From Neomoorella thermoacetica (GTDB lineage Bacteria; Bacillota; DSM-521; Neomoorellales; Neomoorellaceae), in contig NZ_CP012369.1 in assembly GCF_001267405.1 (NCBI RefSeq), positions 2,180,402 through 2,212,401 on the forward strand: 32,000 nucleotides of DNA, in the 5' to 3' direction. Below the pieces are notes generated by a model, which searched no databases, had not been told where the DNA came from, and was given only the letters and a program-made list of their open reading frames with translations. Positions 25,596-32,000 of the stretch are shown here, piece after piece. A program made the position numbers and the translations under genes. Numbering within the stretch: the first letter of the stretch is position 1; every line of letters starts with the position of its first letter.

Positions 25596-26660
25596 CTATC
25601 CCCCTACGCCGTAATATCGCCGCTGGAAACCCAGGGCGACGTTCACCAGGCCGATCATCACTGGCACCTCAATTAAGGGCCCGATGACCGCTGCGAAGGC
25701 CTGGCCGGAATTAATGCCGAAGACGGCCACGGCCACGGCGATGGCCAGCTCAAAATTATTGCTGGCGGCCGTAAAGGAGAGGGTCGTGGTTTGCTCGTAG
25801 TTGACCCCCAGGCGCATGCTGACGAAAAATGAAATGAGAAACATAATAACAAAGTAGCAGATCAGGGGTACAGCGATCCTGACTACATCCATGGGTAACG
25901 AAACGATATACTGGCCTTTCAGGGAAAACATGACCACAATAGTAAATAGCAGGGCGATTAAAGCCAGGGGGCTGATTTTGGGGACAAAGGTTTTCTCATA
26001 CCATTCTTTGCCCCTGGCCGGTATGAGGGTAAAACGGGTAAACACCCCGGCCAGGAAGGGGATGCCCAGGTAGATGGCCACGCTGGTGGCCACCTCGCCG
26101 ATAGAAACGTGGACTTTCATTCCTTGAAAACCCAGCCAGGAAGGTAGCAGGGTGATGAAAATATAGGCGTAAATTGAATAAAAGATAACCTGGAAGATGG
26201 AGTTCAAGGCCACCAGGGCGGCGGCGTACTCGGCGTCGCCCCGGGCCAGGCTGTTCCAGATGATGACCATGGCGATGCAGCGCGCCAGGCCGATTAAAAT
26301 GAGGCCGGCCATGTATTCCGGATAATTGTGCAAAAAGAGAATGGCCAGGACAAACATCAGGATGGGACCGATAATCCAGTTCTGGATAAGGGATAAGGCC
26401 ATAACTTTGCCGTTGCGGAATACCTTGCCCAGTTCCTCGTACTTGACCTTGGCCAGGGGCGGGTACATCATGACGATAAGGCCGATGGCGATGGGGATGG
26501 AAGTTGTGCCCACAGACATTTTATTCAGAGCATCCGCTACCCCGGGCACCATATAACCCAGGCCCACGCCCAGGGCCATGGCCAGGAAGATCCACAGGGT
26601 CAAAAAGCGATCCAGGAGGGATAACCTGGCCACGGGTTGATAATTATTTACTGGTGCCAT
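25596..26660 (-). CDS. acr3: ACR3-family arsenite efflux transporter
   Basis: 354 aa, about 10 TM segments. The N-terminus [24 protein letters not shown] and the overall pattern are typical of ACR3/ArsB(Acr3). Located downstream of arsR. Confidence 0.9.
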   Translation of the reverse strand: MAPVNNYQPVARLSLLDRFLTLWIFLAMALGVGLGYMVPGVADALNKMSVGTTSIPIAIGLIVMMYPPLAKVKYEELGKVFRNGKVMALSLIQNWIIGPILMFVLAILFLHNYPEYMAGLILIGLARCIAMVIIWNSLARGDAEYAAALVALNSIFQVIFYSIYAYIFITLLPSWLGFQGMKVHVSIGEVATSVAIYLGIPFLAGVFTRFTLIPARGKEWYEKTFVPKISPLALIALLFTIVVMFSLKGQYIVSLPMDVVRIAVPLICYFVIMFLISFFVSMRLGVNYEQTTTLSFTAASNNFELAIAVAVAVFGINSGQAFAAVIGPLIEVPVMIGLVNVALGFQRRYYGVGG

Positions 26661-26749
26661 TAACTGAAATCCTCCTTCTTATCCTTTCTTTGCTACGTTA
26701 GTACGAAAATAGCCCTATTTTCATAAACGCGCCCTAACAGTTGCCGTCT

Positions 26750-27139
26750 TTACTTATACCTCTTCCGGGGCGGGCGGCAGGCAACCTTGGGGTTTTCCAG
26801 GAGCTGCTGCAGCTTATCGTAGTCGGCAGTAAACTCTTTCTTTTCCGCCAGGGGTACATCCAGGTAGGCCAGCCAGCTCTGAAGGACCGCGGCCAGTTTT
26901 TCTTTTTTCAAGTGGTAAAATACCCACTGGCTCACTTTTTCCTCCCAGACCAGGTCCGCTTCCTTCAGGACCCGCAGGTGCTGGGAGATAGCTGGCTGGG
27001 TGATGCCCAAAATCTCTTCCAGCTCGCAGACGCACAGTTCCTGTTCGGCCAGCAGGGCGATAATCCGCAGCCGCAAATGCTGGCCCAGGGCTTTAAAAGC
27101 CTTTTCCCACTCCTTCAATGTCACCCCCTTCACCTCCAT
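26750..27139 (-). CDS. arsR: ArsR-family arsenite-responsive repressor
   Basis: 129 aa. LRLRIIALLAEQELCVCELEEILGITQPAISQHLRVLKEADLV carries the As(III)-type CVC motif. A GTG at codon 6 follows GGAGGTG and may be the true start. Confidence 0.9.
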   Translation of the reverse strand: MEVKGVTLKEWEKAFKALGQHLRLRIIALLAEQELCVCELEEILGITQPAISQHLRVLKEADLVWEEKVSQWVFYHLKKEKLAAVLQSWLAYLDVPLAEKKEFTADYDKLQQLLENPKVACRPPRKRYK

Positions 27140-27157
27140 ATATAAGTAATTAATTAT

Positions 27158-27185
27158 ATTATATTAAAATTAAAGGCTTTGTCAA
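27158..27185 (-). promoter_or_regulatory. Candidate promoter of arsR-acr3
   Basis: On the minus strand: TTGACA (27185-27180), a 16-nt spacer, then TATAAT (27163-27158). It lies only about 18 nt upstream of the annotated ATG. Confidence 0.5.
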
Positions 27186-27233
27186 GAAAATTCAAGGGGG
27201 CCGCCGTAAGTTTTGCCGGTTGACCAATACCCC

Positions 27234-27262
27234 TTGACACAGGCATTGACCGGTAGTATCAT
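27234..27262 (+). promoter_or_regulatory. Near-consensus sigma-A promoter of the small Cys/His-rich gene
   Basis: TTGACA (27234-27239), a 17-nt spacer, then TATCAT (27257-27262). Confidence 0.65.
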
Positions 27263-27263
27263 G

Positions 27264-27304
27264 TAATTAGCCTATATATGTTAACGACATATATAGGCTA
27301 ATTA
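27264..27304. promoter_or_regulatory. Perfect palindrome with 18-bp arms and a 5-bp spacer at the transcription start (candidate PadR operator)
   Basis: TAATTAGCCTATATATGT-TAACG-ACATATATAGGCTAATTA begins 2 bp after the -10 hexamer. The inner core ATGT...ACAT is the core of known PadR-family operators. Confidence 0.6.
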
Positions 27305-27324
27305 AAAAGGAGGGGAAAAGGAAA

Positions 27325-27537
27325 ATGTGTAGCTCTGCCACTTACAGTCATAACCGTTGCCATGCTTGGGGCCCGCAGGGGGGAGGCTGCTGCCACAATC
27401 ATCACGCCGGCGGCTTCCGCCGCCACTTTTTAACCGCCGCGGAGAAAAAAGACCGGCTGGAAGAGTATCTCAAGGAACTGCAGGCCGAAGTAAAAGCCGT
27501 GGAGGAAAGGCTGAAGGAACTGGGTGAAGGGGCTTAA
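27325..27537 (+). CDS. Small Cys/His-rich protein with C-terminal coiled coil (DUF5320-like)
   Basis: 70 aa. The N-terminus is MCSSATYSHNRCHAWGPQGGGCCHNHHAGG. The C-terminus is AAEKKDRLEEYLKELQAEVKAVEERLKELGE. AGGAGG lies upstream. Confidence 0.7.
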   Translation: MCSSATYSHNRCHAWGPQGGGCCHNHHAGGFRRHFLTAAEKKDRLEEYLKELQAEVKAVEERLKELGEGA

Positions 27538-27944
27538 TACCCCTTCGCCACATCCGTGTCGTGCCCGCTAAAAAGTTTTTCATATCGCGCCAGGAAAGTT
27601 TCCAGGGCGGCTTTATTGCGCCGGATGGTCACCGCCCAGTCATGGAGGTAATCTACCCCTTCCGGGGTTATCTCATACCGGCGCCGGGCCGGTCCCGGGC
27701 CGCCGGTCGACCAGTGGGACCGTACCAGGCCGTCTTCCTCCAGGCGGCGTAAGTTGCGGTAAACAGCCCCGGCATCAGGGACGCCTTCCCATAATCCCAG
27801 CCGGTTCATGCTTTCCATCAGCTCGTAACCGTGGGTGGATTTCTCATAGAGCAGCAACAATAAGCAGGGCTGCAAAAAGCCTTCCATGCGGGCGCCGCGA
27901 CAGTCGCAGCGACTGTGATGCCCGCCGGACCCATGACCGCACAT
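27534..27944 (-). CDS. PadR-family transcriptional regulator with Cys/His-rich N-terminal extension
   Basis: 136 aa. PCLLLLLYEKSTHGYELMESM...GAVYRNLRRLEEDGLV is a PadR winged HTH. It is preceded by MCGHGSGGHHSRCDCRG. GGGAGTG lies 5 nt before the first ATG, which supports translation of the extension. Confidence 0.85.
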   Translation of the reverse strand: MCGHGSGGHHSRCDCRGARMEGFLQPCLLLLLYEKSTHGYELMESMNRLGLWEGVPDAGAVYRNLRRLEEDGLVRSHWSTGGPGPARRRYEITPEGVDYLHDWAVTIRRNKAALETFLARYEKLFSGHDTDVAKGY

Positions 27945-28055
27945 GGGCTCACTCCCTATCTGCTAATTACATATGTGTGTTAATATACAGTAATAGGATA
28001 AACCAATAATTCCATCCCGTCAACAAGACGCTATAACCCCTAAAGGAGAGATGCC

Positions 28056-28538
28056 ATGTTTACCCTGCTTCTTTACCTGCTGGCCTTGAGCGGGCTGTTA
28101 ATTTCTTTCGGGAAAGACCGGCATAAAACCCGGCTGGCTTTAATCAAGGGGTGGAAGGCCTTTACCAACATCTTGCCTGACTTTGCTGTCGTCCTGGCCT
28201 TGATAGGGATTATGTTGACCCACCTGTCACCTCATACCATTGCCGCCCTGGTGGGCAAAAACAGCGGCTTCCCGGGCATGCTGGCAAGCTCCATAGTTGG
28301 CTCCATCACCCTCATACCCGGTTTTGTTGCCTTCCCCTTGGCCAAATCCCTGTTGGACCGAGGGGCAGGTATCATGCAAATGGCCGTCTTTGTTTCGACC
28401 CTGATGATGGTGGGGGTTGTAACCGCTCCCCTGGAAAGCAGGTATTTCGGTAAAAAAGAAACTATCCTCCGCAATTCTTTGAGCTATGTATTTTCCTTTA
28501 TCGTGGCTATTATCATCGGGATGGTGGTGGGAGCGTGA
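28056..28538 (+). CDS. Split DUF318-type permease, N-terminal-half subunit
   Basis: 160 aa, hydrophobic. Aligns by eye to the N-half of the 15011..15964 permease (SIVGSITLIPGFVAFPL against GIVTPFCSCSAVPVFIGF), but without the Cys pair. Confidence 0.8.
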   Translation: MFTLLLYLLALSGLLISFGKDRHKTRLALIKGWKAFTNILPDFAVVLALIGIMLTHLSPHTIAALVGKNSGFPGMLASSIVGSITLIPGFVAFPLAKSLLDRGAGIMQMAVFVSTLMMVGVVTAPLESRYFGKKETILRNSLSYVFSFIVAIIIGMVVGA

Positions 28539-29077
28539 ACTTACTTAACTTAATTAAGACTTACCATTACTTTTTACTAATTATCTTCTTTGATGTGGTA
28601 ATAACCGTCTTTTATCCCGGCACAGGCTTAGCAATTTTTAAATACACCGCCGGTAACTTTGCCGAAATGCTCTCCATTATCCCGCCGATTTTTCTTCTCC
28701 TGGGCCTCTTAGATGTCTGGGTACCGCGGGAAACGATTATCCGCTACTTGGGTGAAGGATCCGGCTTAGAGGGCATTGTCCTAAGCATAGTACTGGGGGC
28801 GGCCGCCGCCGGGCCACTCTACGGCGCCTTCCCGGTGGCCGCCGTCATGGCGAAGAAAGGCACCAAATACAGCAACATTATTATTTTCCTCTGTTCCTGG
28901 TCGACTTTAAAAATCCCCATGTTCCTGTTTGAAATGTCAGCCCTGGGCATAAAGTTCGCCCTAACCCGCTGGCTGGTCAATATCCCCGGGATACTGGCGA
29001 TTGCTTATATTATCGACCGCCTCATCGGAGAGGAAAACAAAGCGGAATTCTACCGGCGGCAGATGGCAAATCTATAA
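28535..29077 (+). CDS. Split DUF318-type permease, C-terminal-half subunit
   Basis: 180 aa with a GTGA overlap with the preceding ORF. RETIIRYLGEGSGLEGIVLSIVLGAAAAGPLYGAFPVAAVMAKKG parallels ETLLLRYAGPGNLLAVPVAVAIGVPLYSNAAGTIPIVQALMEKG in the full-length paralog. Confidence 0.8.
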   Translation: MNLLNLIKTYHYFLLIIFFDVVITVFYPGTGLAIFKYTAGNFAEMLSIIPPIFLLLGLLDVWVPRETIIRYLGEGSGLEGIVLSIVLGAAAAGPLYGAFPVAAVMAKKGTKYSNIIIFLCSWSTLKIPMFLFEMSALGIKFALTRWLVNIPGILAIAYIIDRLIGEENKAEFYRRQMANL

Positions 29078-29081
29078 CGGC

Positions 29082-29597
29082 TTACCCCAGCATCCCCTGC
29101 AGGGCGTTGAAGCGTTCACTATTTTCCTCCTCCGCCAGGGGCGGGCAATCCGCCAGAGTGTTTTCACCGCTCAGCAATCTGGCGGCAAAAGCCAGGCAGG
29201 TCAACTGGCCGCATCGGCGGCAGTTAGTCCCGGGCAGCCATTTGTATATTTTGAGCGCTGTGGGCCTATCCTTTTTGGCGAAGGAAGGCTGGATTTCCTT
29301 TTGCCGCCGGTGGGTATCGTTGATTAAATCCTTGAGCCAATCCAGCACCTGGAGGGCGTCCGTCATATTGACCGCTTTGGCCATGGTAAGCTTGCGGGGG
29401 TAAAGGGTAATTAAGCGGAATTCTTTCAAAAAGGTCAAGTTTTTAGTGTAATGGTTATATACGGCATTTTTAATCACGGTATTGAGGTAAGGTAATAACT
29501 CCTCAATATCCTGGCTCAAAACCGCCTGCAGGCGGATCTTTTCCGCATCGGCCAGGCAGGTTTCCACTTTGGTGACGTCAATCATTTCCAGAAACAC
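29082..29597 (-). CDS. Fe-S-binding protein with a C-terminal PF04060-type domain (RnfB/AcsC N-terminal-like) and an unknown N-domain
   Basis: 171 aa. YKWLPGTNCRRCGQLTCLAFAARLLSGENTLADCPPL matches the LPxTNCGxCGxxTCxAFA...C motif. GTG start lies 8 nt after GGGAGG. Confidence 0.75.
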   Translation of the reverse strand: MFLEMIDVTKVETCLADAEKIRLQAVLSQDIEELLPYLNTVIKNAVYNHYTKNLTFLKEFRLITLYPRKLTMAKAVNMTDALQVLDWLKDLINDTHRRQKEIQPSFAKKDRPTALKIYKWLPGTNCRRCGQLTCLAFAARLLSGENTLADCPPLAEEENSERFNALQGMLG

Positions 29598-29695
29598 GGG
29601 TGCCGCCTCCCATATTTCTAATATTGCCTAAATCCTGCACCATAAGAAATGGAAAGAAATGCTCGGGCCTTATGATAACAAGTACTCTCAATACT

Positions 29696-30847
29696 TCAGC
29701 TTGTTAATTCTACAATTTCCCTTACCGCCGTTAAAAAGGCGTCTATCTCTTCCGTGGTATTAAAATAACTTACGCTGGCCCGCACCGTTCCCCGCTCCAG
29801 AGTGCTTATGGTTTTATGGGCCAGAGGCGCGCAGTGCAGGCCCACCCGGACCATAATTTCGTGGCCCTCGTCCAGGGCGTAGGCTACCTCTTCCGGGGCC
29901 AGTTCTTTAATGTTAAAGGAAACCACGCCCACCTTGGGTGCCGTTTCCCTCGGACCATAGACGGTCACCGCAGGTAACTCTTCCAGCCCGGCCAGCATCC
30001 TGGCCGTCAGAACCTCCTCGTGGGAACGGATCCGGCTGATCCCCTGGTTGAGGACATATTCCACAGCGGCTTTAAGGCCGGCAATGCCGACAACATTCAG
30101 CGTCCCGGCCTCGAAGCGATCCGGCAGGCCCTCAGGCATGTACTCCAGGCGGGACACCGAACCGGTACCCCCTTCCTTCAGGGGACGCAGATCGAAACCG
30201 GGACGTATATAGAGGCCGCCGGTACCCATGGGTCCGAGCAGGCCTTTGTGACCGGTAAAGGCCAGGAAATCGATATCCAGTTCCTGGACATCTATGGGAT
30301 ATACTCCGGCTGTCTGGGCGGTGTCCAGCAGGACAGGCACCTCGTGCCGGTGGGCTGCGGCAGTAATTGCCTGCACCGGCATCACCGTTCCCGTAACATT
30401 GGAGGCATGGGTGCAGGCCAGCAGGCGCGTTTCCTTACGGAAGGCCGCATCCAGCTCTGGCAGTAGCAGTTCGCCGTCTTCCCGGCAGGGCACCACGGTA
30501 ATGCTTATCCCGCGCTCCTTCTCCAGGGTTTTCAAACAGCGCCAGACGGCATTATGTTCCATAGCCGTAGTAATGACATGATCGCCGGGGTTCAACCAGC
30601 CCTTGAGGGCCAGGTTGATGGCCTCAGTGGCATTGGCGGTAAAAACGATGCGGGTGGCGTCATTAATGTTAAATAACTTCCCCAGTAGCCGCCGGCACTG
30701 GAAGACTATCTCTTCCGCCGCCAGGGCGCGTCGGTAGCCGCCCCTGCCGGCGCTGGCTCCTATATTCTTCATAAAATGCTCCATGGCCTGCCAGACCGCC
30801 GGCGGCTTGGGAAAGGTAGTGGCGGCGTTATCCAGGTAAATGGCCAC
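29696..30847 (-). CDS. Class V aminotransferase-fold PLP enzyme (cysteine desulfurase / selenocysteine lyase-like)
   Basis: 383 aa. The PLP-lysine context is FTGHKGLLGPMGTGGLYI and the active-site Cys context is RVGLHCAP. GTG start follows GGGGTG. Confidence 0.88.
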   Translation of the reverse strand: MAIYLDNAATTFPKPPAVWQAMEHFMKNIGASAGRGGYRRALAAEEIVFQCRRLLGKLFNINDATRIVFTANATEAINLALKGWLNPGDHVITTAMEHNAVWRCLKTLEKERGISITVVPCREDGELLLPELDAAFRKETRLLACTHASNVTGTVMPVQAITAAAHRHEVPVLLDTAQTAGVYPIDVQELDIDFLAFTGHKGLLGPMGTGGLYIRPGFDLRPLKEGGTGSVSRLEYMPEGLPDRFEAGTLNVVGIAGLKAAVEYVLNQGISRIRSHEEVLTARMLAGLEELPAVTVYGPRETAPKVGVVSFNIKELAPEEVAYALDEGHEIMVRVGLHCAPLAHKTISTLERGTVRASVSYFNTTEEIDAFLTAVREIVELTS

Positions 30848-30950
30848 TATTTACACCCCCTACCAGGGCATTCTTATTCGGCCTCAACTTTTTTCCGGAA
30901 TCTGATAAGGGGGGGATAACTTACTATCCTCCCTGTCCGACCCCGGACAA

Positions 30951-31283
30951 CTAAGCAAGAATATTTCCTACTTCTTTTATTATCTCCTCGCAGGGAATAT
31001 CACCGGCATAGCGGGGCGTGCCGTCGACCACCACCAGGGGCGCCGGGTAAGGGCCGTTAGTAAGGGCCCGCAGCTCTGACGGCACCTGATCCCGGGGTAC
31101 TGCCCGGAGGTCGATGTAAACAGCCTCCGCCTGCCCGGCGAACTTTTCCTCAAGCTGCTGCTGCAACTCGCCAACCTGCTTTTTAATCGCCGCCGTGGTC
31201 ATGGCCGCACCGCCGCCACAACCGCAACCGCAGCCACCCCCGCTACTCGGGTAATCATAAATCTCCACCTTAACTTTAGCCAT
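30951..31283 (-). CDS. Small thioredoxin-fold-like protein (ArsD/YuzD-like layout) with GGGCGCGCGGG motif
   Basis: 110 aa. KVKVEIYDYPSSGGGCGCGCGGGA ... AVYIDL ... PLVVVDGTPRYAGDIP has the beta-Cys loop-helix ... VDG layout of ArsD/YuzD-type proteins. GGAGGA lies 7 nt before the ATG, which is 3 nt after the upstream stop. Confidence 0.65.
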   Translation of the reverse strand: MAKVKVEIYDYPSSGGGCGCGCGGGAAMTTAAIKKQVGELQQQLEEKFAGQAEAVYIDLRAVPRDQVPSELRALTNGPYPAPLVVVDGTPRYAGDIPCEEIIKEVGNILA

Positions 31284-31286
31284 TGT

Positions 31287-31706
31287 TTACTCCTCCCGGT
31301 TAATTTTATCGACTTGCTCCAAGATAGCTGCCGCCACCTGGTCGACCATGGCTTTTTGCTCCGCTGTAAGCTCCCCGGTAGATAACGTCCCCTCGCCGAG
31401 CTTTTCCCCGGCACTGAAGTCCGTAACCACCACCTTGCCGCTTACCGGCCCGCTCAGGGCTTCGGTGGCCTTTAAAGCGCAACATTTTTCGCACCCGTCG
31501 ATGGTTATCGTGGGATAATCACGGGCGAAGTTGCGCTCTTCCTCGCCACCGGCCATAAACAGAGGCAGGCAAATAGTTACGAAATTATAGCCCGGCCTGA
31601 TGGACCGCAGCACCTTCTGGGTGGCCAGGCGGGAAATGGTCCCCCCGGGGCAGGCCTCGCCGCTGCAGGAAATCAGGCCGATGGATAATTTTCCTTCTTC
31701 ACTCAT
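31287..31706 (-). CDS. DGC-domain protein (putative zinc/metal-binding, PF08859-like)
   Basis: 139 aa. Contains SCSGEAC ... TICLP ... ITIDGCEKCCA (the DGC motif). GGAGGAG ribosome-binding site. Confidence 0.8.
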   Translation of the reverse strand: MSEEGKLSIGLISCSGEACPGGTISRLATQKVLRSIRPGYNFVTICLPLFMAGGEEERNFARDYPTITIDGCEKCCALKATEALSGPVSGKVVVTDFSAGEKLGEGTLSTGELTAEQKAMVDQVAAAILEQVDKINREE

Positions 31707-31729
31707 GCTTTCTCCTCCCCAACAGGCGT

Positions 31730-32000
31730 TTATTGCTCCTCTCCGGCGTCATACCAGCGATCGACTTTACCGGCCAGGTCGGCAGCCAGCTCGTCGGCAA
31801 TCTGCCACCCTGCCGCCGTCAGATGGGCGGCCGTGCCGGCATCGACGCCCCGGTGGTTGCGAAAAGCGTCCACGGCGCGGATCATTTCCACCACCCGGCC
31901 GCCGGCGTGCTCGACATTCTTGGCCGCGCAGAGCTTCGGGCAGCCGTCCACGGTAATGCACCTGGCGCCGGCGATCTCCTTCCTGGCCTCATTGTCGCCA
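31730..32000 (-). CDS. Second DGC-domain protein (5' end outside window)
   Basis: The frame stays open to the window edge: ...GDNEARKEIAGARCITVDGCPKLCAAKNVEHAGGRVVEMI... The track's 'M' at 31951 is an internal GTG. Confidence 0.7.
   Translation of the reverse strand, partial: GDNEARKEIAGARCITVDGCPKLCAAKNVEHAGGRVVEMIRAVDAFRNHRGVDAGTAAHLTAAGWQIADELAADLAGKVDRWYDAGEEQ

Noticed and set aside
1-32000. Mobile elements, phage genes or recognised defence systems (RM, CBASS, retron, Cas)
   Set aside because: I recognised no transposase, integrase, reverse transcriptase, nuclease-helicase or terminal inverted repeats. The only addiction or defence-type module is the Phd/VapC pair.

Overview
The window splits into two parts. 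Taxon is a guess: gene content (Sec-FDH with a Hyf-type hydrogenase) and frequent strong GGAGG ribosome-binding sites suggest a Moorella-like anaerobic Firmicute. (1) Bases 1-13,887, all on the minus strand, form one long formate hydrogenlyase locus. The order is focA, a selenocysteine-containing fdhF (the ORF track splits it at an in-frame UGA), hyfA, hyfB, hyfC, hyfE, two antiporter-like subunits, hyfG, hyfH, hyfI and hycH/hyfJ (runs off the left edge). An unusually long non-coding region (13,888-14,669, about 780 bp) follows, holding a structured leader, an AT-rich block of direct repeats and phased A-tracts. (2) Bases 14.6-32 kb are a mosaic dominated by metal and metalloid functions. It contains three ArsR/SmtB regulators that all carry a CVC motif, each paired with a different transporter: an ArsP/DUF318-type permease, a CadA-type P1B ATPase and ACR3. 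Interleaved are AhbA/B-like siroheme decarboxylase genes, System II cytochrome c biogenesis genes (resB/ccsA), an MTH1187-family protein, an acyl-ACP thioesterase, a flavin reductase and a Phd/VapC toxin-antitoxin pair. The most unusual stretch is 27.2-32 kb. It starts with a PadR regulator carrying a Cys/His-rich N-terminal tag, convergent with a small Cys/His-rich coiled-coil protein whose consensus promoter overlaps a perfect 18-bp-arm palindrome. Next comes a split, Cys-less paralog of the ArsP-type permease. Last is a minus-strand gene string of two DGC-domain proteins, a thioredoxin-fold protein with a GGGCGCGCGGG motif, a class V cysteine desulfurase-like enzyme and a PF04060-type Fe-S protein. 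I propose this as a candidate thiol/persulfide-based metal(loid)-handling module of unknown function. I saw no rRNA, tRNA, CRISPR array, transposase or integrase. All family assignments come from motif recognition by eye, not from searches.
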